A stretch of 64,000 nucleotides of DNA from assembly GCA_050304335.1 (NCBI GenBank), contig JBNLDM010000117.1, positions 44,256 through 108,255 on the forward strand. Direction: 5' to 3'. The notes below the pieces were generated by a model that was given only the letters and a program-made list of their open reading frames with translations, did no database searches and was not told the DNA's origin. This document shows positions 18,562 to 27,453 of the stretch, one piece after another. The position numbers and the translations under genes are program-made. Source of the DNA: Pontiella sp. (lineage in GTDB: Bacteria; Verrucomicrobiota; Kiritimatiellia; Kiritimatiellales; Pontiellaceae). The first letter of the stretch is position 1. Each line of letters starts with the position of its first letter.

Positions 18562-19938
18562 CTATTCGCCGTTTTGCGTTTCCGCTTGCGGCGGTTCCTC
18601 GACCTGCTCAACAGGCGCTTTCTTGAACATGCGGCTGATGCCCCAGTTGCGGTCGGCATCCCGCCACGACAGGAAGACCATGGCCGTAATCAGCAGTACC
18701 GCAAAGATATTGACCAGTGCACCGACCACCTTCGGATGGACCTTGCGGCGGGTGATGCCTTCCCATAACGCGAAGCAGATGTGGCCGCCGTCCAGCACGG
18801 GGATCGGCAGCAGGTTGAGCACCGCCAGATTGATGTTGATAAAGCGGATCAGGCCGATGGCGTGGAAGATGCCGAGCTTGAGTGCAAACCAGATCATCGT
18901 AAAGATGGCAACCGGACCGCCGAGCGACTGAGCGGCACTCTTGGCTTCGGACTTGGTGGTGAGCGCCTTCAGCAGCCGGAATATCTTGGAACCGTCGTTG
19001 CCGACCTGCTGGAACATGTTACCTTCCATTGTCCATGGAAGCATGCCCGGGTCGCCGGGTGTGACGCCAATCACCACCTTGTTCAGGCCATACTCCGTGG
19101 TGTATTTCGGCGTGATGTTCATGGTGACCGGTTCATCGTTACGCAGCACGGTGATGGTGGTCGGTACGCCGTCGTAATCCTGCAGCGTTTCCGAAAGCTC
19201 GTGCCACCACTTGATCGGTTTCCCGTCTATCTTCGTGACCAGGTCGCCGGTTTCCATGCCGGCGATACCGGCAGGATCCTTGGGGTTGACCTGCGCTATC
19301 AGCGGCAACATGGCCGGTGACATGTTGGTCAGCGTCGCTTCGGATGGAAGGTCAAATGTTTTGGTTTCCTCTCCGGAGCGGACCGTCAGGGCTACCGTAC
19401 CGCGTTCCTTGGCCAGGATATCCTCCGACATGATGCCATACCAGTCGGTGACCTTGTCGCCGTTTACCGCCTCGATCTGGTCGCCGGCGCGCAGCCCTTC
19501 CGCATAGGCGACCGAGTTGGTGTCCACATAACCGATGATGGTGTGGCTGGGCGGTGGTTCGGCAAAAGTGACCAGCAGAGCCAGCGGCAGGGCAAACAGA
19601 ATGTTGCACAGCGGCCCTGCCACCGATACGGCGATTTTCTTCCATGGCGACACGTCCGGCAGCTTCCTGCGGTCGGCTTCGTTGCTGCCCTGCACCTTTT
19701 CCATGCCTTCGGGGTCAAGCTGCGGGAGCGAGACATAGCCTCCGATGGGGAAGGCACCGATCTTGTAGACCACGCCGTTGATCTCTTTCTGCCATAGAGC
19801 GGGCCCCATGCCGATCGAGAAGGTTTCCGCCACCAGGCCCAGCTTGCGGGCGACAATGAAATGACCCCATTCGTGGACGAAAATCGTGATCCCGAACAGG
19901 AAAAGCATCATGACTATAATGTAGAGTATATCGAGCAT
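18562..19938 (-). CDS. rseP: RIP metalloprotease RseP
   Basis: HEWGH, FSIGMGP, PIGGYV, AGPLCN, PDZ domains and NLLPIPVLDGG. Confidence 0.95.
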   Translation of the reverse strand: MLDILYIIVMMLFLFGITIFVHEWGHFIVARKLGLVAETFSIGMGPALWQKEINGVVYKIGAFPIGGYVSLPQLDPEGMEKVQGSNEADRRKLPDVSPWKKIAVSVAGPLCNILFALPLALLVTFAEPPPSHTIIGYVDTNSVAYAEGLRAGDQIEAVNGDKVTDWYGIMSEDILAKERGTVALTVRSGEETKTFDLPSEATLTNMSPAMLPLIAQVNPKDPAGIAGMETGDLVTKIDGKPIKWWHELSETLQDYDGVPTTITVLRNDEPVTMNITPKYTTEYGLNKVVIGVTPGDPGMLPWTMEGNMFQQVGNDGSKIFRLLKALTTKSEAKSAAQSLGGPVAIFTMIWFALKLGIFHAIGLIRFININLAVLNLLPIPVLDGGHICFALWEGITRRKVHPKVVGALVNIFAVLLITAMVFLSWRDADRNWGISRMFKKAPVEQVEEPPQAETQNGE

Positions 19939-19980
19939 GGATTACCTTGGTTGAAAAGTGAATGAAACCTTGTATGCGGA

Positions 19981-20856
19981 TTAATTGACGAGGGCGAATT
20001 TCATGTAGATGTAGAGCAGGGGGGCGGTGAACAGTACGCTGTCGATCATGTCTAAAATGCCGCCGAGCCCGTAGATCATGGTGTTGGAATCCTTGACGTC
20101 GACAGCGCGCTTGAACATCGATTCCACCAGATCGCCCGCGGTGCCGACGATCGGGATCAGCACGGCGAGTGCGACAGCGTCGCCGAATCCGAAGCTGAAG
20201 CCGCCCAGCTTCCCGCCGGACAGAACGAGCCAGGCCATGTTAACGATCAGACAGAACAGAACGCCGCCCCCAAGACCTTCCCAGCTCTTCTTGGGCGAGA
20301 TCACGGGGGCCAGCTTGTTCTTGCCGAAGCGGGTGCCGATGAAGTAGCCGCCGGAGTCGGACATCTTCGTGCAGAGCAGCAGGTAGAAGGCCGCCCACGC
20401 CGGATTTCCGGGACTGCCGCTTAGAAAGACGCGGATGAAGAAGCTCCACAGAAAGGGCACGTACATCAGCCCGAGCAACGTACCGAGGGCGTTATTGAGG
20501 CCATAGCGCATGTCCGGGTAGGCGAGAATGCGGAAAAAGATCGACACCACCGCCAGCAGCATGATCGCCCACAGCACCGTGTCGGGAGGAAGCTGCTGAG
20601 TGAGGAAGACAGTGTCCTTGACTTCCTTCATGTAGAACCAGGTGGCGCTCACGAAAACAAGTCCGGCAATGGTGCCCCATTTCCGGGAGGCCACGATGCC
20701 GCCGGCCTTGAGCAGATTGTAGAATTCCCAGGTGGCCATGCCGCACACCGCCAGCAGGGCAAGCAGGCATACCGGATTGCCCGAAGGCACCGCGCACATC
20801 AGAATAATGAGCACGGTGGCGATCGAGAGGCCGATAGTGATCCTTTTCTTGTCCAT
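19981..20856 (-). CDS. cdsA: Phosphatidate cytidylyltransferase
   Basis: SDSGGY, ISPKKSWEG, GDLVESMFKR..VKDS and GG.LD..DS motifs. Confidence 0.95.
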   Translation of the reverse strand: MDKKRITIGLSIATVLIILMCAVPSGNPVCLLALLAVCGMATWEFYNLLKAGGIVASRKWGTIAGLVFVSATWFYMKEVKDTVFLTQQLPPDTVLWAIMLLAVVSIFFRILAYPDMRYGLNNALGTLLGLMYVPFLWSFFIRVFLSGSPGNPAWAAFYLLLCTKMSDSGGYFIGTRFGKNKLAPVISPKKSWEGLGGGVLFCLIVNMAWLVLSGGKLGGFSFGFGDAVALAVLIPIVGTAGDLVESMFKRAVDVKDSNTMIYGLGGILDMIDSVLFTAPLLYIYMKFALVN

Positions 20857-20874
20857 TAGAAAAAATGTTCCTCT

Positions 20875-21600
20875 CTATTTCACTCCGCCGTACCGCCGGT
20901 CACGGCCGTTGAACGCCGCCAGAGCCTCGTAGAACTGCTCCTCGCGGAAATCCGGCCAGTACGTATCGGTAATGTAGAACTCGGAATAGGAGAGTTGCCA
21001 CAATAAAAAGTTACTGAGTCGCAGTTCGCCGCTGGTGCGGATCATCAGTTCAGGGTCGGGTACATCAGGCAGGTAAAGATGGTCGGCGATGGTCTGCTCG
21101 TCGATTTTTTTCGGGTCCAGCCGGCCGGCCTTGGCCTCGTCCGCGATCCTCCGGGCGGCATCAGCAATCTCCGTGCGCGAGCCGTAGCTCAGGGCAATGA
21201 TGAAGGTGTGATCGGTATAGTTCTTGGTAGCGTCGATGGTTTTCTGCAGGCGCATGCGGACGGGGAGGGGCAGGCGCTCGAACTGGCCCATGACCCGCAG
21301 GCGGATGCGGTTGTCGTGCAGCTCCTGTTCGTAGGCGTTGAGCGAGCTGATCAAAAGCTTCATCAGCCCGTCGACCTCCTGCGGCGGTCGCTTCCAGTTT
21401 TCGGTGCTGAAGGCGTAGACCGTGACGAACTCGACCCCTGCGTTGGCGGCGGCACGCAGGACGGCCCGGACCGACTGCGCACCCTCCTTGTGCCCCTCGA
21501 TCCGCGACAGGCCGTGCTTCTGGGCCCAGCGCCCGTTGCCGTCCATGATTAGGGCCACATGGCGGGGTATCTTTTCCAGGCTCTTGGGGTCAACAGTCAT
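20875..21600 (-). CDS. uppS: Undecaprenyl diphosphate synthase
   Basis: HVALIMDGNGRWA, AFSTENWKR, IRTSGE.RLSNFLLWQ and RRYGG motifs. Confidence 0.97.
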   Translation of the reverse strand: MTVDPKSLEKIPRHVALIMDGNGRWAQKHGLSRIEGHKEGAQSVRAVLRAAANAGVEFVTVYAFSTENWKRPPQEVDGLMKLLISSLNAYEQELHDNRIRLRVMGQFERLPLPVRMRLQKTIDATKNYTDHTFIIALSYGSRTEIADAARRIADEAKAGRLDPKKIDEQTIADHLYLPDVPDPELMIRTSGELRLSNFLLWQLSYSEFYITDTYWPDFREEQFYEALAAFNGRDRRYGGVK

Positions 21601-21624
21601 CGGAGCAGAAGATAACGGAATTAA

Positions 21625-21690
21625 CCGCAGAAAACACAGAATTACGCAGAAAAAACAGGCTGGTTCCGCGTCGATCCGCGTGTTCTGCGG
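21625..21690. repeat. 9/10-bp-period mirror repeat element
   Basis: CGCAG/CACAG/CGCAG at 21626, 21635 and 21645, mirrored by CCGCG/CCGCG/CTGCG at 21666, 21676 and 21685. Confidence 0.7.
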
Positions 21691-21696
21691 AATCCT

Positions 21697-22974
21697 TTAT
21701 CGATCGAGCAGGAGCGTGCTTTCGCGCTTGGGACCGACGGAGAGGATCGACACCTTAACACCGGTCAGCTCTTCGAGATATTTCACGTAGGCCTTCGCCT
21801 GCCCGGGAAGCTCGTCCCAGCTGGTACAGCCGGTGGTCGGCGTGTTCCAGCCCTTGAATTCCTCGTAGACCGGGGTGCAGCGTTCCAGCTTGCGAATGCT
21901 GGCCGGTACGCTGGCGACGCGCTCGCCGTCGACTTCGTACGCCACGCAGACCTTGATCGTTTCCACGGCATCGAGGACATCGAGCTTCATCAGCGCCCAT
22001 TCATTGATGCCACCGACCATGGCGGAATAGCGGGCGACGACGGCGTCGAACCATCCGCAACGGCGCGGACGGCCGGTGGTGGCGCCGAACTCGTGGCCGA
22101 CCTGGGCGATGTGCGCGCCCATTTCGTCTTTCAGCTCGGTCGGGAAAGGGCCTTCGCCGACACGGGTGGTGTAGGCCTTCACAATGCCGATCACCCGGTC
22201 GATGGCATTCGGCGGTACGCCGGAGCCCGCCGGCGCGCCGCCGGCGCCCGTGCTGGAGGAGGTGACAAAGGGGTAGGTGCCGAAGTCCACGTCGAGCATT
22301 ACGCCCTGTGCGCCTTCAAACAGGATTTCATCGTCGTTCTGAATCGCCGCGTGCAGCAGCGGAATGGTATCGCAGATGAATGGACGCAGATAGTCGGCCG
22401 CTTCCTTGACCTGCACCAGCAGCGTGTCGATATCCAGCGGTTCGGCTCCCATGCCCTTGAGGACCTCGTTCTTGGTTTCGGCCTGGGCCTTGACCATGTC
22501 GAGGAAGTCGTCTTCGAGGATGTCTCCGAGGCGCAGGCCGGTACGGTCCGCTTTATCCATGTAGGCCGGGCCGATGCCTCGCTGAGTGGTGCCGATCTTC
22601 TTGCCTGCGGCCAGCTTGCCTTCCTTGGTGCCGTCGAGAAGCTTGTGGTACTGCAGGACGATGTGGGCACGGTCGGAAATAAAGAGGCGGTTATCGAGCT
22701 TGATGCCGCGTTCGACCAGTTCCTTCAGTTCGCCCATCAGGCCGATGATATCGACTACGAGACCGTTGCCGATCACGCACTTGCAGCTGTCGCGCAGGAT
22801 GCCGGACGGGGTGAGATGGAGTACATATTTCTGGTCGCCGATCTCCACGGTGTGGCCGGCGTTATTGCCGCCCTGGTAGCGGATCACCCAATCCGCGTTC
22901 GCGGTCAATACGTCAATGATCTTGCCTTTGCCCTCGTCGCCCCACTGCGACCCGATCAATACTGTCTTAGACAT
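21697..22974 (-). CDS. purA: Adenylosuccinate synthetase
   Basis: QWGDEGKGK, GGNNAGHT, IGTT.RGIGP, EGAQG and GATTGRPRRCGW motifs. Confidence 0.98.
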   Translation of the reverse strand: MSKTVLIGSQWGDEGKGKIIDVLTANADWVIRYQGGNNAGHTVEIGDQKYVLHLTPSGILRDSCKCVIGNGLVVDIIGLMGELKELVERGIKLDNRLFISDRAHIVLQYHKLLDGTKEGKLAAGKKIGTTQRGIGPAYMDKADRTGLRLGDILEDDFLDMVKAQAETKNEVLKGMGAEPLDIDTLLVQVKEAADYLRPFICDTIPLLHAAIQNDDEILFEGAQGVMLDVDFGTYPFVTSSSTGAGGAPAGSGVPPNAIDRVIGIVKAYTTRVGEGPFPTELKDEMGAHIAQVGHEFGATTGRPRRCGWFDAVVARYSAMVGGINEWALMKLDVLDAVETIKVCVAYEVDGERVASVPASIRKLERCTPVYEEFKGWNTPTTGCTSWDELPGQAKAYVKYLEELTGVKVSILSVGPKRESTLLLDR

Positions 22975-23007
22975 GCTATTCTCCGGTTGTCCCCGATCAG
23001 GATGATA

Positions 23008-23135
23008 GCCACGGATGAACACTGAATAACACGGATGGGGATCGCCACAAGGGGCACAAAGGGTCACAAAATTCTATTTTTGTGCTGTTTTGTGCCTAAA
23101 ATCCTAAAGAGTCCATTTCCGCGTTGTTCGGTGGC
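23008..23135. repeat. Two nested mirror repeat elements upstream of purA
   Basis: Outer GCCACGGATGAACACTGAATAACACGGAT...TTCCGCGTTGTTCGGTGGC; inner GCCACAAGGGGCACAAAGGGTCACAAAA...TTTTTGTGCTGTTTTGTGCC (23044-23096). Confidence 0.7.
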
Positions 23136-23215
23136 CGCTCCCCTTTTCAGGTGGTTATTCTCGCCTGTGGGTTATCGGAAGATCCGCATCTGTTCGCCTT
23201 TTTTCAGACAACCAC

Positions 23216-23243
23216 AAAAAAAGCCCGCTTCACAAGGGGGCTT
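23216..23243 (-). terminator. Rho-independent terminator of the minus-strand accessory cluster
   Basis: Minus strand AAGCCC...GGGCTT stem running into a T tract. Confidence 0.65.
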
Positions 23244-23296
23244 ATGAAAAACGGAACTTAGGCAAACCCGCTCCCCGCGTCAAGTGTCGAGCACCT

Positions 23297-23557
23297 CTAA
23301 CTCTGCCTGTCGATCAGATAGCGGGTGTAGACGTCGGCGGGCGGGCAGGGGTCGCAGCCGAGGCAGGAATGGAGCTGGTCATCGGGCACCTCCTTCAATC
23401 GGATCAGCGGCAGCGCCGCCGGCTCGCAGTCGCCTTCAAGCTGGGCCAGGAATCCCTGGAAGCATTCGCACGTCCGGCATTCCGTTCGCGTGATGGATGC
23501 TTCCAGTTCACTGAGCAGTTTTTCGACGTCGCTGTGGGATAACAGGTGTTCGGTCAT
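23297..23557 (-). CDS. Small Cys-rich hypothetical protein (86 aa)
   Basis: CRTCEC and HSCLGCDPC motifs; ATG lies one base after the upstream gene's TAA. Confidence 0.7.
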   Translation of the reverse strand: MTEHLLSHSDVEKLLSELEASITRTECRTCECFQGFLAQLEGDCEPAALPLIRLKEVPDDQLHSCLGCDPCPPADVYTRYLIDRQS

Positions 23558-23558
23558 T

Positions 23559-24287
23559 TTATGCGTCAAGGGCATCGGCGAGGGCGTGCAGCAGAGCGGA
23601 ACAATCGCCTTTCCAGGCACTGCCGTGCATACAGGCGAGCGTGCCGGGATTGGTTGCCGCCAGCCGGTCGAGCATGCCGCGGGCGTTTTTGGTGTGCGAG
23701 AAATAGTCCATCTTCTGGCGGAAGGCTTCGCTCGGTCCGAGGATGTCGTCTTCCGTGACAGGTGGATTTTTGGAGCCGCCCTGGGTAAAGAGGTCGCCAC
23801 ACAGCAGTGTGGAGGTTGTTTCATCCATCATGAAGCCGCATTCCCATGCATGCGGCAGATGCGGGGTATCGAACCATCGGAGCGTGTGTTTTCCAAGTGA
23901 CAGGGTTTCGCTGTCGGCGAGTGCCCTGGGCGACCGGTCGGCCATGTCGGTAATAGACACCATGGCGGCCACGGAGCCGCAGACGGGCTCCGATTGCGGC
24001 GCAACGGCGAGCCACTCGTTGAGGGCGGCGCACTCGTCTGCCTCCACGTGAGAGAAGGCGATATAGCGCAATGATTCGACCGGCATAACGCTGGCAACTG
24101 CTTCGCGGACCAGCGGGAACATCCCGCGCAGACCGGCGTGGAAAAGCAGAGGTTCCTCATCCAGAATGAGATATTGATTAAACGAAAATCCGCCGGCTCC
24201 GGGAATCTGGACCGGGGTATTGATGCGGTAGATTCCGTCGGCAACTTCGTTGATGTTTGTTCCGGATTGCTGGTTTGTGATGGGCAT
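23559..24287 (-). CDS. MBL-fold di-iron protein (FprA N-terminal domain/ODP-like)
   Basis: FNQYLI, SHVEADEC (HxExD), PHLPH.WE, CGDLF and MHG motifs; AAGGGAG RBS. Confidence 0.85.
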   Translation of the reverse strand: MPITNQQSGTNINEVADGIYRINTPVQIPGAGGFSFNQYLILDEEPLLFHAGLRGMFPLVREAVASVMPVESLRYIAFSHVEADECAALNEWLAVAPQSEPVCGSVAAMVSITDMADRSPRALADSETLSLGKHTLRWFDTPHLPHAWECGFMMDETTSTLLCGDLFTQGGSKNPPVTEDDILGPSEAFRQKMDYFSHTKNARGMLDRLAATNPGTLACMHGSAWKGDCSALLHALADALDA

Positions 24288-24380
24288 TGCAGGCTCCCTT
24301 CCATATCTGGTTCGACTCACGCAGAAAAGCGTACTCTTCTTCCGTGTTTTTGAAAAGGGGCAATCCGAAATGCTTTGCGA

Positions 24381-25193
24381 TCACGGTGATTGCGGCATGA
24401 CCGGTGATTCACCACCTGCGGCCCAGAGAATGCCGCCGTTCAGATGGTTCAGGAAATCCTTCTCGGCATAGCTGGCGTCCGTGTGGCCGAGCGCAGTGTA
24501 CCACGCACGACCTCCGTCATATTCATGATACCATGCGATCGGGTGGCTGGACCCCATCGAGCCGCCATTATAGGACGTTTCGTCGAGCGAGAGCAGCACG
24601 TTCACCTGCTCCGATGGATCGCTCCTGAAATTATACCATTCATCGGTCCGTATCCATGGACTGGGCAATCCGCATGTGGAGGGATGGCTGATATCCGTTA
24701 CGTGAATTACCGCTTCCTGTATGGCGGGATGATCCTTGAAATAGGCACCCACCAGATTGCCATACCACGGCCAGTCGAATTCCGTGTCGCATGCGCTGTG
24801 AATCCCGACATATCCGCCTCCCGATTGGATAAACCTTTTGAAGGCGTCCTGTTGCGCGGGTTCGAGCACATTCCCTGTCGTGTTGAGGAATACAACTACT
24901 TTGATTCTGGCCAGATCGGTGTCGTTGAAGCTGGATGCTATTTCGGTGGTGACCAGCGCATAGTCATGTTCTCCAGCCAGTTTTTCAAGAGCCTTGATGC
25001 CCACCGGGATTGATTCGTGCCGGAAGCCAAGCGTTTTTGAGAATACCAGTATGGAGAAGGCAGCCTCATCTGCCCGTGCACATGAACCCCGGAAGCCAAA
25101 GAGGAGGATCGCGCACCCAATCAACGTCATCCGGCGGGATGCACAAAAGACGGTTCGATCGATTGTTGCACATGTATGAATCCGTCTCTTCAT
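24381..25193 (-). CDS. Exported ThuA-domain (class I GATase-like) protein
   Basis: LVFSKT.GFRHESI, FLNTTG, GGGYVGIHSA, DEWYNF and YTALGH motifs. Confidence 0.88.
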   Translation of the reverse strand: MKRRIHTCATIDRTVFCASRRMTLIGCAILLFGFRGSCARADEAAFSILVFSKTLGFRHESIPVGIKALEKLAGEHDYALVTTEIASSFNDTDLARIKVVVFLNTTGNVLEPAQQDAFKRFIQSGGGYVGIHSACDTEFDWPWYGNLVGAYFKDHPAIQEAVIHVTDISHPSTCGLPSPWIRTDEWYNFRSDPSEQVNVLLSLDETSYNGGSMGSSHPIAWYHEYDGGRAWYTALGHTDASYAEKDFLNHLNGGILWAAGGESPVMPQSP

Positions 25194-25284
25194 GTTTTTT
25201 CTGAGCCTCTGATGTTGCGGTGCTTCTTAGAAGCATCTCGATGAATGGCTCTGGGAGCTGCCTCTATAACTACGAGCTTCCATC

Positions 25285-25698
25285 TCATTTCTCATCCGCC
25301 GGACCGACCCAGAAGAAGGGATTGTGTGCGACTTCCCACAGGTGGCCGTCGGGATCCGCGAAATAGCCGGAATAGCCGCCCCAGAAAACCTTCTGCGGCT
25401 GCTTGATCAACGTAGCGCCGGCGGCTACCGCCTGTTGAACCACCTGATCCACTTCCTGTTCCGAGCCGACATTGTGGGCGAGGGCGATCCCCTCAAAGCC
25501 ATTTCCTTCGGCGGCAACCTGTGCATCCTCCGCCAGCGCCTCGCGTCCGTAGAGACTCAGCCATGTTCCATTGAGTGTGAAAAAAGCGACTTCCGGAGGT
25601 GACTCCATGCGCGGAAACCCGAGACCCTTTTCGTAGAAGTCGATCGATGCCGCGAGATCGCGAACCCCGAGCGTGATCATGCTGATGCGTGGCTTCAT
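25285..25698 (-). CDS. VOC/glyoxalase family protein
   Basis: ISMITLGVRDL, LAHNV and FWGGYSGYFADPDGHLWEVA motifs. Confidence 0.92.
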   Translation of the reverse strand: MKPRISMITLGVRDLAASIDFYEKGLGFPRMESPPEVAFFTLNGTWLSLYGREALAEDAQVAAEGNGFEGIALAHNVGSEQEVDQVVQQAVAAGATLIKQPQKVFWGGYSGYFADPDGHLWEVAHNPFFWVGPADEK

Positions 25699-25728
25699 GT
25701 AAACTCCCTTTAATGAGGAGGAGGGTAT

Positions 25729-25799
25729 CACGCAAAGCCGCAAAGGACGCGGAGAAATTGACTTAAAAAGCTTTCCCGGTGTTCTCTGCCTATTGCGCC
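25729..25799. repeat. Degenerate 8/9-bp-period mirror repeat element
   Basis: CACGCAAAGCCGCAAAGGACGCGGAG left arm; decayed pyrimidine-rich right arm ending TTGCGCC. Confidence 0.55.
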
Positions 25800-25843
25800 A
25801 GACACCGAAATATCTACACTGCGCATTCGGCACCGCTGCCCAT

Positions 25844-26242
25844 TCAGCCGATTCCCAGCTGTCGCAATTGGGATGCGCCGTCGCGGGCGCCCCAGCGTCT
25901 GACGATTTTTCCATCTTCAATGACGAACCACTCCATGGCCACCAGCGAATAAGACTTGCCGGTGGGCGGGTGGCCGAATGCCGGTGCCTTGAATGTGCCG
26001 GTTTCAGTATATCGAACCGCAACGGCATTGCCTTCCGCGACCATGTCCTCGATCTGCAGCTGCATACCATAGCCTTCAACAAGCTGGCGCCAAATGGGCA
26101 TCACCTTTTCAATAACCCCTTTTCCAAGAACGCCCTGAATCTCGGCGTCCTCCGTGAAAAGTTCTCGCAACGCCTCCAGATCGCCCCGGTTGAAGGCACC
26201 CGCATAAGCGCGGACAATGGCCTTGTTTCCTTCTTCGTTCAT
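25844..26242 (-). CDS. SnoaL-like ester cyclase family protein
   Basis: NKAIVR, EDMVAEG..VAVR, GT..AP.FG.PPTGK and DGKI..RW motifs. Confidence 0.88.
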   Translation of the reverse strand: MNEEGNKAIVRAYAGAFNRGDLEALRELFTEDAEIQGVLGKGVIEKVMPIWRQLVEGYGMQLQIEDMVAEGNAVAVRYTETGTFKAPAFGHPPTGKSYSLVAMEWFVIEDGKIVRRWGARDGASQLRQLGIG

Positions 26243-26501
26243 TTCCTTGTCTCCGCAATGTTGTGTCGCGCGAACAGGTTTGGATAGGCGCTCATGCGCT
26301 GAACACTCCAAGCCTTTGATCGGCGGGCGGATTCTAAGTACGGAGGGCTGTCTTGGGAAGCTGTATTATCAGCAGGAACACATTTGCGTGGGCTGCTCCG
26401 TGGACGCCGCTGATGCCGGCCTGGAGACAGGAAGCCGCTGTTCCATAGCATCGGGGTTTCTTGGCGTCTTAGCGCGAGGATAAAAAAGAAGTTGGAGGAA
26501 A

Positions 26502-26526
26502 CCGCCTGAAGGCGGAACTACGAACC
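26502..26526 (-). repeat. REP element GGTTCGTAGTTCCGCCTTCAGGCGG
   Basis: GTAG foot plus CCGCC-TTCA-GGCGG hairpin; 23/25 identical to 33629-33653; contains the ribF TAG. Confidence 0.7.
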
Positions 26527-27453
26527 GGTCTTCAAAACGGCACGGATGGCCACAATGTCGTCCTCGATCTGGCGCTTGAGCCTGTCGGCGTCTTCAAAGA
26601 CCTGGTCGCTGCGAATGAATTCGATATAGCTGACTTCAACCTGCTGTCCGTATAGGTTGATGTTGTGTTCATCCAGCAGATACACTTCGAGTACCTGCGG
26701 TTCATTCTGGTGGAACGTTTCGCGGTGGCCGATGTAGGCGGCGGCGTTGTGCAGGCGGTGGCCGATGCGCAGCCGGGCAGCGTAGATCCCGCGCGGAGGA
26801 AGCATATCGTTTTCGGGGTCTATATTGGCCGTGGGATAGCCGAGCCCCCGACCGATCTGCTTGCCGTACACGACGGGGCCGATCGTGCTGACCGGGCGGC
26901 CCAGCATTGCGGTTGCGTCCTGCATCCTTCCCAGCCGGATGGCCTCGCGGATCCGTGTGCTGGAGACGCGCTCGTCCTTCCAGCATACGGCTGGATGAGC
27001 GGAGAAATAGATGTTGCGCTCGGCACACAGTTCAGTTAGCAGCGCGGCGTTGCCGGACCGGTTGCGGCCGAACGACCAGTCTTCGCCGACGGATATGCCT
27101 GCGAGCTCGGGAATGCAGCTGCAGAGATCGTCGAAGAAATCGACCGGCTCCTGCTTCATTAAATCGGTGGTGAACGGCTGCAGGATGCAGCCGTTGACAC
27201 CCATTTCCTGCAGGTGGCGCAGCTGCTGGTCGGTCGTGAAGATCAGCGGCGGGGCATGATCGGGGCTGAGCACCTTGGCGGGGTGGGGGTCGAAGGTGTA
27301 GACCCACGCTTCGCCGCCGACGGCGCGCGCGCGGTCGATTGCGACCCGGATGACAGCGCGATGGCCGATGTGGAGTCCATCGAAGCAGCCCGCCGCGAGA
27401 ATGACCGGTGTCCTGCTGTCGCTGAATTCCTTGAGTGCGTGGATTACCTTCAC
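26518..27453 (-). CDS. ribF: Bifunctional riboflavin kinase/FAD synthetase
   Basis: GCFDGLHIGH, TFDPHP, VSSTRIR and GRGLGYPTAN motifs. Confidence 0.96.
   Translation of the reverse strand: MKVIHALKEFSDSRTPVILAAGCFDGLHIGHRAVIRVAIDRARAVGGEAWVYTFDPHPAKVLSPDHAPPLIFTTDQQLRHLQEMGVNGCILQPFTTDLMKQEPVDFFDDLCSCIPELAGISVGEDWSFGRNRSGNAALLTELCAERNIYFSAHPAVCWKDERVSSTRIREAIRLGRMQDATAMLGRPVSTIGPVVYGKQIGRGLGYPTANIDPENDMLPPRGIYAARLRIGHRLHNAAAYIGHRETFHQNEPQVLEVYLLDEHNINLYGQQVEVSYIEFIRSDQVFEDADRLKRQIEDDIVAIRAVLKTGS

Noticed and set aside
25699-26082. Long N-terminal extension of the VOC ORF
   Set aside because: It overlaps the SnoaL gene and a repeat element; ATG 25698 has a good AAGGGAG RBS
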